DNA from: Octopus sinensis | Lineage: Eukaryota | Assembly: GCF_006345805.1 (NCBI RefSeq) | Contig: NC_043002.1 | Coordinates: forward strand, 82,274,001 to 82,338,000 | DNA length: 64,000 nt | Direction: 5' to 3' | In this document: positions 40,251-52,745 of the stretch, piece after piece | How the letters are laid out: each line of letters opens with the position of its first letter | Numbering within the stretch: the stretch's first letter is position 1 | The notes under the pieces: model-generated | Told to the model about the DNA's origin: nothing | What the model saw: only the letters and a program-made list of their open reading frames with translations | Database searches by the model: none | Made by a program: the position numbers and the translations under genes

Positions 40251-40859
40251 TGGAATTATTTTGAATATAATTGGTGATGGGATGATATTAAGTAATACAC
40301 TTTTGGGAAATAATTACCACTAAAAAGTGAAGTTTTAAAATGACTCATGCCCATACTTGTAAATATTTTCTATGACTTTAATAATGACCATATTTTCTCT
40401 CCATTTTCTTCTTAAATTTGAAGTACCACTTGGCATCCAGATATCAGTTGGAGCAATAACCATTGGGTCATTAAAACACTAATCTTACTTGTCAGGGCAA
40501 TTAAAAACCATCTGTAAATATTGCCAGCATTATGTAATACAAGATCATTCCAATGAGAGAGGCCTCTATGAGGTTACTAAACTTGCTAGAAATAGCAGCC
40601 TAATCTCCCTCAGATTGTACCCTACTGTCTTAAATAAGGAAAGAGTGCATTAGATAACATTGTCCAAAATACCACTAATATAAAATAACATGGTCATGGC
40701 TGGAATCTCTTTGATCATGGGTTTTCTTGAGCAGAACAGACTTGTGATTATACAGCAACTGGTTATATGATTCCATGAGATGGCTTTTCTGGTTAAAATG
40801 TTGGAGACTGATCCAAAAGTTTAGAATTCATATTACATCAAGATATTTATATTGTTTAT

Positions 40860-41240
40860 CTTTTATATTTTATCTTTTACTTGTTTCAGTCATTAGACTA
40901 TGGCCATGCTGGGGCACTTCTAGTCAAATGAATTGATCCAAGTATTTTCTTTTTAAAGCCTGGTACTCATTATATTGAACTGTTTTACTGAACTGCTAAG
41001 TTATGGGACGTAAATACATCAGCACTGGTTGTCAAACAGTAGGGTGGTGGGGAACACAGACACAAACACACATATATACCTATATATATATACATACAAT
41101 GAGCTTCTTTCAGTTTCTGTCTACCAAATCCACTCACATGACTTTCATCAGCCCGAGGCTATAGCTGAAGACACTTACCCAAGGTGCTGCACAATGGGAC
41201 TGAACCAGGAACCATGTGGTTGGGAAGCAAGCTTCTAAAT
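40860..41240 (-). mobile_element. Family A SINE
   Basis: Near full length in reverse. Confidence 0.8.
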
Positions 41241-41289
41241 GTACACTCATGCCTGTACCTATGTACCTATTTAAAAAGTTGTTTTTTTT

Positions 41290-41470
41290 ATGGTTGTGTG
41301 GTTTAGAAGCTCACTTTGCAACTACTCTATTTCAAGTTCAGTCCTTCTTCACAGCACCTTGGACTATAGTCTTGGGTTGAAAAATGCCTTGTGAGTCTAT
41401 GTGGAAGCCCACTGTATGTCATCTTCATCATCATCAGTTAATGTTTGTTTTCCACGTTGGCATAGTGTGT

Positions 41471-41502
<32 letters not shown>

Positions 41503-41710
41503 ACATGCATGTGCTTGTCCCCCACCCTACTGCTTGACAACTGGTGTTGGTTTGTTTATATCTAGTAATATATTAGTTCAGCAAAATGATCAATAGAATA
41601 AGTATCAAACTTTAGAAAATATAAGTACTGGGGCCAATTTGTTTGAGTAAATCCTTCAAGGCAGTGCCCCAGTACAGCTGCAGTCAGATGACTGCAACAA
41701 ATAAAAGATA
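41290..41710 (+). mobile_element. Family A SINE (diverged)
   Basis: Head, (GT)n middle and AAAAGATA tail. Confidence 0.75.
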
Positions 41711-41892
41711 AATGCTGTGGTTAGTCAGAAGAAGGGTAGTACTTGGGACCATTTTAGAAAGATCTTTGAGACTGGTGGAAGGAAAAGAAGTGTTCTAAAT
41801 ACTTACAGCCAAGTGAACTCTACTAAAGCCACCCAAATAAATGTCAAGTGGTGGAGTTTATGATTTTCACTAAAATTATTTGTCTCAATTTA

Positions 41893-42178
41893 CGGCCTTT
41901 GTAGTTTCTGATGGCCAAGTAGAGAGGGTACTAGACCACCAGAAACAACTGAACAATCAAGCAGTTCAAAGCCTGACACCAGCCCTGTGTTGTGTCTAAG
42001 GCAAAGACACTTAACTTTGAAATGGCTCAGTTCACTTTGAAATAGACGCAACAGCTGGGACACAGCTTACTCCAGCAACAGTGTGTAAAGAAAGAAATGG
42101 TTCAGTGTTGTTATAGTTTTCTGTAGATGTTGTTATTTAGCCCTTGGTATCTCTGATTGAACAGACCTATGATCAAAG
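41893..42178. promoter_or_regulatory. Cluster of five TCF/LEF consensus sites (candidate Wnt-responsive element)
   Basis: CTTTGTA 41897, TTCAAAG 41965, CTTTGAA 42015, CTTTGAA 42035, GATCAAAG 42171. Motif match only. Confidence 0.3.
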
Positions 42179-43384
42179 ATATTCAAGACATGACCATCCC
42201 AACCTTATTATTTTCTCACTGGGTTCTTTTTTCCATGGCTTTCGTTATTCCAGCTTTTACAATACCTGCTAACTAGTTGTGAAACTTTCTGACCTTCAGT
42301 GGTATAGAGCCTGCAGCATACTTTTCCAACCAGCTCTTCCCACAAGATTTGGGAAAACTAGTCAAGACTGGTTTTCCCAAACTCTCATGTGTGAAACCAA
42401 TAGTAAAATAGTGAAATTGGTCAGTAATATTGTATTCCTGTGTTATGTAAATAATTAATATCCTACTCTGACGATTATATGAGGGCTTGTTTTTGTTTTT
42501 TTTTTTCTAATTTATGGATTTACCATCATCATTTAATGTTCTACTTCCATGCTGGCATAGGTTGAATGGTCTGGCAGGAGCATGCAAGTCAGAAGACTGT
42601 GTCAAGTTCCAATGTTTCCTTTGGTATGGTTTCTACAGCTGGTTGCCCTTCCTAATGCCAACTGCTTTACAAAAATGTACTGGGTGATTTTTATGTAGAA
42701 TGAACAGCATTGAGGTCACCAAGTAACTTGCAAGACAAGACCCCTTCAACTGAAGAGGGAGTAATAATAAAGGAGGTGGCTTTGTATCAGATGATGAGAA
42801 ATTAGAGTATAAATAGAGGGGCAGAAATAGGTGTCTTGCAGTGGATGTGGTACATGGTTACCTCAGTTGGAGAAAGTCAAAGGAAGAGAAAGAGAGAGAC
42901 AGAATGGAGAGGGAGAGAGAGAGAGAGAGACAAAGTGGTAAAGATGTGAGAGGGTACACACCAAAGTTACAAAGAGGTCTGTATAGTGAAGTGAACCAGA
43001 GATTGCCTTGGGTGAGTTTGTGAGATTGTGAAAGGAAAGTGGGAGCTGGAGGGGAGAAGAATGTAGTTAGTAGGTACAGGTACAAGGAGGGGGTATTAAG
43101 AGGATATATTGCAGGGGGAGAAGATTTGATAGGGACATAACTGCATGCAGTAAGGTTTCTGAGGAAGAGTGGGAAATAGAGGGAAGAAGAATACAGAAAG
43201 TGGTGAACATGGGAGAGGAGGTGTTGGGAAAGTAGAATGTGGGGAGAGGTTTGTCAGGGACACTCTGTACAGGGGCATGGACATGAAGGGCATGCCTCTA
43301 TGACCTTGATTTTACTTAGCTGGACAGGTTTCTGAAGCAAAGAAAATCATCAATTGTCTTGGTCTTTTCCTATTTCCCCTGCGA

Positions 43385-43800
43385 AACTCAACATCTGAAG
43401 ATCACTTTTTACCACTTCATCCCATATCTTCCTCTTCCACAGGTTCCCTCCACATTTAGAGACTGGCACTTCTCCATGCAGTTATCTTTATCCATATCCA
43501 TCACATGATCATACCCATGCAGTTTTCTCTCTTGGACACTACATTTGATGCTTCTTATACTCAATTTTCCTCTCAAAACACACTGACAATGTATATCCAT
43601 TGGGGCATGCTGGTTTCATTTCTTTTAAGCCTTCGTATATCCTCTGCATTCACAATCATGTTTCACTGTCATATAGCTTGCCTGCTCACACACAGGCATC
43701 ATTGAGAGAGGTCCTTTGTTACCAACAAAGGTAATTGCTCTCTGAATTGTGCCCAGCTGGTTCTTATTCTAGCAGCTGCACTTTCAGAGCATCCTTCTAC
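43385..43800 (-). pseudogene. Old RTE ORF2 C-terminal fragment
   Basis: Homologous to 55570-56000, including EGTCGRGR-like and GSET-like remnants. Confidence 0.75.
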
Positions 43801-43814
43801 ACAGTTAATATGGT

Positions 43815-44180
43815 TATATCTTTTATTTTTACTTGTTTCAGTTATTAGACTGTGGCCATTCTGGGGTACCACCTTGAAGAATTTTTTGTCCCCCGAATCG
43901 ATCCCAGGACTAATTTTTAAGACTGCTACTTACACTACCAGTCTTTTTTGCTGAACTGCTAAGTTACAGAAACATAAACATACACATACCAATTGTCAAG
44001 CAGAGGTGAGGGACAAACACAGATGCAAAGACACACACACACATGCATATACAATGAGCTTTTTTTGGTCTGTCTATCAAATCCACTCACATGGTCAAAG
44101 TCTATAGTAGAAGACACTTGCCCAAGGTGCCACCAGTGGGACTGAACCCAAAACCATGTGGTTGGGAAACAAGCTTCTCA
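43815..44180 (-). mobile_element. Family A SINE
   Basis: Reverse complement, near full length. Confidence 0.8.
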
Positions 44181-44195
44181 CTACACATATGTATA

Positions 44196-44241
<46 letters not shown>

Positions 44242-44264
44242 CACACATATGTATACATATATAT

Positions 44265-44590
44265 GCCAACCACATGGTTCCATGTTCAGTCCCACTGTGT
44301 AGCACCTTGGGCAAGTGTATTCTACTATAGCCTTGGACTGACCAAAGACTTGTTAGTGGATTTGGTAGATGGAAACTGAAAGAAGCCTATCATATGTGTG
44401 TGTGTGTGTCCTCAACATCGCTTAACAACCAATCCTGGTTTGTTTACGTCCCCGTAACTTAGCGGTTCGGCAAAAGAGACCAATAGAATACGTACTAGGC
44501 TTACAAAGAATAAGTCCTGGTGTCGATTTGCCCGACTAAAGGTGGTGCTCCAGCATGGCTGCAGTCAAAATGACTGAAAGAAGTAAAAAG
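44265..44590 (+). mobile_element. Family A SINE (well preserved)
   Basis: Core plus 3' CCCCGTAACTTAGCGGTTCGGCAAAAGAGAC...GACTGAAAG. Confidence 0.85.
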
Positions 44591-46324
44591 AAAAAAAATA
44601 TATATGTATGTATATGCATATATGTATGTATATGTATATATATATATGTATATGAATATATATTCCTCCCTTCCCAAACCTATCTGAGATGATGCAAATG
44701 TCATGGGGATGCTGACTGTCCTCCTTTGAGTGTGCCATGCACACACATAAACATACAAACACATACATGCAGACACACACTAATACACACATATGTATGT
44801 CAATAAACACACACAAGTGCCCTGTGTATAGATGAACTGTTTTTCCTTGCAGCACATTCACACCACACACACATGTAGATAGTGCCATAAAAAAAATGTG
44901 AAAAAGGTGGAATAGGAAACACAAGGACAAAGAAATAGGGAGAAGGAGGGAGGGAGGGAGAGAAAGAGAAAGACAAATGAGGAAACATTTCTTTATTTTC
45001 TTTTCTGTTCTTTTGTGCTGTTTTGTCTGCTGATGTTTTTCTATAACCTTATAACCGTTATATGACCTTTATTTCAGGAAGGCAATAATTATGTATGAAT
45101 CTACTGAATAACACCCAAATAATCTACTTGCTCACTTGTTTTGCTCTCTCCTAAACATGTTTCCTATTACCAAGTTCTATTAAAATTTTATTTACACACT
45201 GGATGCTTTGTAGGAATTGTAGTAGACCTGAATTCCTCTCTGTCCCCCCCCCCCCCACCCCGAAGAAAAATATGTAAACTTTGAAATGAAGTTTTTGCTT
45301 GTTATGCTACATGATGTTCTTGATGTGTTTGGTTATCAGGAAAGATTATCAAAAATTGTGACGTATAACCTTTATAAAGAAGCAACAAATTGGCAGAGTT
45401 TTCGACTTTGTGATGGAATGCTTTGTGGTTTTCATTTGTGCTGTATGCATTCTGAGTTCAAATCCTGCTGAGATCAGCTTTTATCTTTCTGGTGTCAATT
45501 CTTCAGTTTGTATATCCAGTTATCTATCTTCCCCACTTTTTATATGTCTGTCTGTCTGTTTCTGTTTTTTTTTTTGTTTTTTTTTAAATCTATTTCTTGT
45601 TCTGAATTAACTAACCACTGCAACTATGTAAAGAAGCACACCACCACACCAACTACACACTGCCCACTACACTATTTCCAATTTTGCTTCTTTTTTTTTT
45701 AAATCTAAATTTGTTAATTTGACAAAATGAGGATTGAATGACATAAAGACCACCACCACCACAGCAGTGACCAACACCACTACTTTGTATAGAGGAAGGC
45801 TAGGTTGCTATGACAACAACAACAACAACAACTACTACTACTACAACTACTATTCAGGTGACACTTCCCTGAGTCATTGCTCATCAAGGACTTAATTATT
45901 ATGTCAGCTGTTCACCATGAAGTAAAGACACATAATTAAATTACAAAAAGTACAACACTCACCCCACCCCACCTCAACCATCCATCCATCCATCCACCCA
46001 CTCCACACCATACCATTCTCCCACTTTCACTGTTTCACACTGGGTTTACAAGAGAGATCAAGAAATAGAACAATAACAACAATCTTAGCATTTATAAAAT
46101 ATTTCACCCACCATCCATTCAGTTGTAATAAAGTTTTGCTTAATTAAATAAATTTCGAAGCCACATAAAGATTGTTACCATCATTTGTTACATTTCAATC
46201 AAATAAATTAACGAACTAATGAAATATATCTCAATCAATTTCTTCCCTGAATCTATACACATCTATGTCTTTGAGGTAATAAATTAATTTTATATGATAT
46301 AATGAAAAACAAACAACAATAACA

Positions 46325-46900
46325 GGCACAGACATGGCTGTGTGATAAGAAGTTTGTTTCCCAACCACATATTTCTGGGTTCAGTCCCACAACATGGCAC
46401 CTTTGGTAAGTATCTTCCACTATAGCCCTGGGTCAACTAAAGCCTTGTGAATGGATTTGGCAGACATAAACTGAAAAAGCCCAGTGTGTGTGTGTGTGTG
46501 TAGGTGCAGGCACAGCTGTGTGGTAAGAAGCTTGCTTCCCGCATGGTTCTGGGTTCAGTCCCATTACATGACATCTTGGGCAAATGTCTTTTACTATAGC
46601 CTCATGCCAACCAAGGCATTGTGAGGGAATTTGGTTGGTGGAAACTGAAAGAAGCCAGTCATATATATATGTATATGCATGTGTGTCTTTGTGCCTGCGT
46701 TCATTCCCCACCACTGCTTGACAATTCATGTTGGTGTGTTTATGTCCCTATAACTTAGCAGCTTGGCAAAAAGAGACTGATAGAATACGTACCAGGCTTT
46801 AAAAAAATATAAGTCCTGGGATTGAGTTGTTCGACTAAAACCCTTCAGGAGGTGTCCCAATATGGCTGCAGTCAAATGACTGAAACAAGTAAAAGATAAG
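46325..46900 (+). mobile_element. Two tandem family A SINEs
   Basis: Heads at about 46325 and 46503. Confidence 0.8.
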
Positions 46901-46917
46901 ACATACATATATATATA

Positions 46918-47144
46918 CAGGGTGTTCAAAAAGTCTCTCTGAAGTAAGTATTTTCAGGCGATTCTTGTACACTGATCCTTTACTTGCTCCCCAGAAAATA
47001 GAAAGTTTGGCGGTGTCAAATCAGATGATCTTGGTGGCCAAAGTTCTTTCGAAATAATCCATTCACCGAAAAACTCTTGAAGTAGCACCATAGTGATGCA
47101 CAGGATGGCAAAATTCACTGCTGAGAGACTTTTTGAACACCATG
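46918..47144. mobile_element. Tc1/mariner internal-deletion derivative (227 bp) with TA TSD
   Basis: 24-bp TIRs CAGGGTGTTCAAAAAGTCTCTCTG / CTGAGAGACTTTTTGAACACCATG (2 mismatches), flanking TA on both sides. Internal minus-strand WPPRSSDLTPPNF matches the WPPRSPDL transposase motif. Confidence 0.9.
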
Positions 47145-47313
47145 TATATATGTATGTGTGTGTGTGTGAGGTTTTGTGCCCCCCCACCACCTCTTGACAA
47201 TCAGTGTCAATTTGTTTATGCCCCGTAATCTAAAAGTTTAGTAAAAAGAGAACAATAGACTATGTGCCTGACTTAGAAAAAAATATGTACTGGGGTTGAT
47301 TTGTTCAACTAAA

Positions 47314-47530
47314 CCAGGGTCCATATAAGACTTTTGTTGTTAAAATATATCTGTAATAAATTGGTTGTACTTCTACAATAAACAAAATATTTTTATAATT
47401 ATTTTTATACAATTCCTAATAATATTTAATTATATAAATATAATAGGGATTTTTTTTTAAAACAACAAATGGCTAGGAGGGTCCATCTGAGTAAAGGGGT
47501 CCATAGATCAAAAATGGTTGAGAAACACTG
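47314..47530 (-). mobile_element. One-ended hAT-like MITE splitting a family A SINE
   Basis: Ends GGTTGAGAAACACTG. SINE sequence resumes after 47530. A third diverged copy lies at about 49760-49968. Confidence 0.65.
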
Positions 47531-48661
47531 GGCTGGACCCTTCAAGGCAGTACCCTAGCTTGGTTGAAGTTTAATGACTGAAACAGGTGAACGAACATAC
47601 TCTGTGCTTCATTCACAAGCATTTTAATTTCATTTGCTTCAGTCATTGGACTGTGGTCATACTGGGGTACCACATTGAACAGTTTTAGTCAAACAAATTG
47701 ACTCCAGAACAAATTTTTAAAGTCAGGTTCTTATTCTATTGATCTCTTTTGGATATATTATTAGAATGCGACATTACTGTTGTATTTACCTTGTCTAGCT
47801 GCTCAAGAACACAATACATCGCCTGCTTCAGGAATTGAAATGACAATCTTATGATCACAAGTCCAACACCCGAACCACTAGGTACTATATTAAGTTATAG
47901 CTCTTTATGTTCCAAGTTCAAATCATCCTGCAGTCAAACTTTGTCTTTCATCCTTCTAGGGTCAATAAAATAAAGTACCTCTCATGTATAGGATTGGTTT
48001 AATGGACTAAACCCCACTCACAACAAATTTCTGACCTAGTGCCCATGTAAGAAATCATTATTTATCAGTATATATTTATGGTTAAGTTCTATGTTCAAAT
48101 CCTCCAAAATTAAAACAAAATGAGGCATGACTTCATTATCATTGTCATTGCGACAATCATCATCATCACCGTAATCATCATCTTCATCATGATTATTGTC
48201 ATTGTCATTGCTATTATTATCATCCTATTCCTCCTTTTCCTCTCCTCCTCCCCCATCCTTCTGATAGCTTCAACATGGTCACTCAACTTACTAGTAATAG
48301 CAGCCAAATTTTTCTCATCACACTCCATCATCTTAAGAAAGTGAAGGACACATTAGAAAATGCAATGCAAAATACTTCACCCTCCATGTCCTAAAAAATA
48401 GAAGTTGTGAAGGCCGGCGGGGGGTCTTTGATCATGAGTCTGCAACAACAATTAAATAATAATTCCTAATATAAGTACAAGGGGTTAGTCAATTAAATCA
48501 ACCTTAATATTTAACTGGTATTATATTTAATCAGCCCTAGAAAAAATGAAAAACGACGTTGACCACAGTAGGATTTGAACACAGAACTTAGAGAGCAATA
48601 ATAACTTTTTCGCTAGATACAAAGCCAGAAATTCAGTGGGAAGGGATTTAGTTGATTAAAT

Positions 48662-48941
48662 CAGTGGTTCCCAAAGTGGGCAGTACTGTCCCTCTGGGGG
48701 CAGTAGAAAGATCCAGCAGGGCAGGTGTTGAAGAAAAGTGGGTGTGATAAAGGAGTGGCTAAAAGGGAACGGTGGGTTAATAATGGGTTAATTAAGTTAA
48801 GTTTAATTTTTGAAATAAAATTGTTTTGAATTTGCTGTAGAAAGTGGTCTGTGTTTGTGGTGTAGAGGTGGGAGGGGGAGCTCAAGGAATGTGGCCTGGG
48901 TGCCAAGGGGGCAGCAACCCCCAAAAGTATGGGAACCACTG
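48662..48941. mobile_element. hAT MITE (280 bp) with perfect 8-bp TSD GATTAAAT
   Basis: TIRs CAGTGGTTCCCAAA / TATGGGAACCACTG. GATTAAAT at 48654-48661 and 48942-48949. Inserted in a family B SINE. Confidence 0.92.
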
Positions 48942-49289
48942 GATTAAATCACCCAACTCCTGTACTTGACTGATATTTTATTTTATCAACTCTGAAAGGA
49001 TGAAAGTCAAAGCTCCTTTTTAGGGGGATAGTGCATATGAGAAGTGTCAGAGAAATAAGTTCTTGAATAAGAAAGCCCACAAATCAGTGAAATTCTTATG
49101 TGAAATATGTTCACTTCATCTTTGTGACAAGTCCTCTTGGGAAAGGTGTGTGGGAAATGATTTTTCATTGCCCTTTTGTCCTATATCATAGTGCCTCATA
49201 AACCAACCAGGAAGGCACATCTATATGGTCATTTTACATAACTAGAAATAGCAGCCAAATCTCCCTTAAATCTTAGCTTATCATCCTCA

Positions 49290-49600
49290 CCACCATCATT
49301 TAATGTCTGCTTTCCATGCTAGCATGTGTTAGAGAGTTTGAGTGGAGGGCTGTACCAAGTTCCAATCTGATTTGGTTTGGTTTCTACAGTTGGATGCTCT
49401 TCCTAATGCCAACCATTCAAAGAACATAGTAAATGCCTTTTACATGCCACCAGCACAGGTGCCTTTTACATGTTACTGGCACAGGTGCCTTTTATGTGTC
49501 ACTGGTATGGGTAATTTTTATGTGTCACTGGCATTGGCTATGACTACAATTTCACTTGGCTTGATGAGTCTTCTCAAGCACAGCAAATAGCCAAATGTCT
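49290..49600 (-). mobile_element. RTE 3'UTR remnant
   Basis: Same tail family. Confidence 0.75.
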
Positions 49601-50700
49601 CAACCGCTTGCTGTTTTCAGAATGAAAGGCCTATTCAGAAAAAAGAAAAAAAAAGATGGTATGTTTAATGCTGAACACCATTGAACATATGCCAGAGGGA
49701 TCAGGGCTACCTTGGGACTAAACAATATAGAGCTTCTGTGCCTTGTCAAAAATCACTATGAATCTAAGTTGCTATACCATTTATGTGTAATAAATTGTTT
49801 ATATTTCTACAATAAACAAACTATTTTAGCAATTTTTTATGCAGCTCTTAATAATATTTAATAATAAAAATATAATAGGATTTTTTAAACATTGAATAGC
49901 TATAAATGTCCACCCAATGAAAATAGGAATCAAAAGGGTGCATAGGCAAAAAATGGTCGTGACCACTGATTTACAGTATTTAGCAAGGAACCAAGTGGAG
50001 TGAACAATTTAGAGTTGATATTTTACCACATTAACTGCCACAGCCTGTTACTGGAACTTATTTCATGCGCTATTGATCTCAGTGTAGCGACAGCTGTGAC
50101 AGAAAGAGGTATCTGAGTGTTCAACTTATTTCATAATTAAGGTATAATATTTAGCCCTCAAGTTATTTCAATATCCTCAAAACCGTGATAAAAATACAGA
50201 ATAAAATGTTATCTCAAATTATGAAAGTGTACAACTGGTACCACAGGTAGTGCATATTGTGAAGTTTGTGATGAACCATCAGTGAACCATGTGGCAGTTA
50301 ATTTATTAAAAAAAAAAATTATCTTAGTTGTAGGAAAAATAACAGCAACCTCGATCCTTTTCAAGATCTTCAGGACTTGTGAGAAGTACAGACGAAGTAC
50401 AGTTTGAATTCCTGCAATACAGCAGAATCTGCTAAATGCACCGAAGGGCCAGGTGGCAGAGGCAGAGAGCGCTAGACCAGTCAACAGATTAAGTCAACTA
50501 CTCAGTAACAAATACAGTCTAACAAAAGTGATGCACAGTTTCGATCTACTTAATTTCACTCATGTAGTTTTGAGTTCAGTTCCACTGTGGTGTGCCTTGA
50601 ACAGGTATCTTCAACTTTAGTACTGGGTCAATCAAAGCTGTATAAGTGAACTAGGTCAATGGAAACTGAAAAAATAACCTCTGTGTGTGTGTGTGTGTGT

Positions 50701-50739
<39 letters not shown>

Positions 50740-51322
50740 ATGTGTTTGTCTTGTCTTAACATCAACACTACCGTAAAGAAACATTGCTCTCATACAAGTG
50801 GTATTGCTCATTTGCAATCTTCCATGAAAACATGTCTGACCATTGGACTGTATGTATCTGAAGGACTAGGGAGAAATATTACTTTGCTTGGAAACAGGTG
50901 AGAGTTGATAAAAGTGGAAGTATCCAACTGTAAAAAAAAGTCTGCCTCAGCAAGTTTTGTGTGACCCTTGCAAGCATGGGAAAAGTGGACGTTGAAACCA
51001 TGATGATGATGATAAAGGCTTTGGTCAACCCAAGGTTGTTGTTGAAGACACTTGTCCAAAGTACCATGTAGTGGAATTGAAGTGACTGTCTTAGTCACAC
51101 ATGCACCTCTGCACGATAATATAATTTTGTTATTGACAGTGTCATGCAGATGACAGGGCGTTGGCTGACAAGTAAACTAGTAAGAAAACCAGACATGCAA
51201 CTAATAGGCCACTCCCAAACCAAAAACCCTGACAAATGTTTAAGAGCATTTCAAAGATAGATACAAAATATACAATGATGTGTAGAAAGGAGTGCTGATA
51301 TAGCTTATACTTATACATGGTA

Positions 51323-51324
<2 letters not shown>

Positions 51325-51364
<40 letters not shown>

Positions 51365-52270
51365 CCTTTCTTTATTAGCCACAAGGGCCCACAAAAATAA
51401 GATTAGACATTACAAAACATGAAGGACAAAGTGGGGCTACATAAAGTGTTGTGCAAAAAGTCGATAACAATGAAAAATATAACAAAGAAAATGCCTAAAA
51501 GAGGTAAGCAACTCAGGACTGCTCATGGGGCCTCCACAAAAAATCTTCAAGTGCCACAACCAATAGGGCAAGAGCCCTCACTCCATCTTTCTCTCTCAGC
51601 CTTGCAAACTCCAAAGCGCATGCTCAAAGTAGGCCCATTGACACGGACTATCTTTGCCACATTCACCCTCCTTTCAACAAATTTGCTGGAGGTCAGCACT
51701 TCTCTCTCAACCCTCACTTTCCTTTTCAGTTGGTATCTGAAAAAGTTGATGAGGGGTAGGCCAAAGAGGAAAGTATCTGTCTTCAACCCTTTCAGTCTAG
51801 ACCACTATACAACTTCTTTCACTACAGCCACAAGGCAGATGAAAAGTGCCTCCCTTTACTGGCCAAAGGAAGGCGGTGGGGCAATCCTCATGATGAAATC
51901 AGCCAACAAGTGGACACATCCTATATGTGCCAGCAGATCTTCAACATAAACTCATATATCACATATGCTCAGGCATTGGACATGTGCATGCAGAACAGTT
52001 TCATCGCTCTGCGCACATCTCAGGCAGGTCTGACTGATGGCACTTCCATGCTTGTAGAATTTATTTTGAACAGGTAAAGACCCTGGTAGCACTGCCAGGT
52101 CAGGGATTTCTGGAAGTTATCCATAGGCCTGGCCCGAAAGTCCTCTGAAACAGAGTGGCGAGTTGAAATTCATTGACGCCTAGAGTCTCCCCGAGAACAT
52201 CATCATTTCCTTTCATCACTAACCCTCTATACAATGCCATAGTAGTAGACTTTTCCCTGTCTAACCACTC
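51325..52270 (-). mobile_element. L1-clade (Tx1-like) LINE 3' end
   Basis: CCHC knuckle CLRCAQSDETVLHAHVQC (C-x2-C-x8-H-x4-C) at 51973-52026, C-terminal VEREVLTSSKFVERR, then AATAAA and an (ATT)n tail on the minus strand. Confidence 0.8.
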
Positions 52271-52418
52271 AGCTCAGCAAGAGCCCAGTCAGCCTGGCCA
52301 CAGAAATGTCCTTAAAAATTTTCAGATACAACAATATTATCTGTAAAAAATTGCACAAAAACTTACAGCTCACAAACACACATCCTTCCTCTTTGAAATC
52401 CACAAGCAGTGTCCAATC

Positions 52419-52449
<31 letters not shown>

Positions 52450-52453
<4 letters not shown>

Positions 52454-52620
52454 CCTTTCTACCTGAAATTGGAAGGAAGAGGACTAGTCGATTACATTGA
52501 CCCTGAAAAGACAAAAGGCAAAGGTGACCTCAAGAGAATTTGAACTCAGAATGTAGCGGCAGGTGAAATATCACTAAGTATTTCTTCCAGCATGCTAACA
52601 ACTCTGCCAGCTTGCTGTGC
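52450..52620 (-). mobile_element. Family B SINE
   Basis: Core and head in reverse, between (TAA)n runs. Confidence 0.75.
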
Positions 52621-52745
52621 AAATAATAATAATAATAATAATAACAATAATAATAATGATGATAATGATGATGATGATAATGTTGTATATGTATAAAACG
52701 AGGATAAAAATACCATATGCAAGATACATAAACTGGTCTCAAAAT

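Noticed and set aside
50269-50289. WFTDGSS, an RNase H-like motif on the minus strand
   Set aside because: No other RNase H or RT residues in the flanks. It overlaps a short TGAACCAT direct repeat and is probably chance.
51419-51949. 176-aa plus-strand ORF
   Set aside because: It is the antisense frame of the Tx1/L1 fragment, and the recognisable motifs are on the minus strand.
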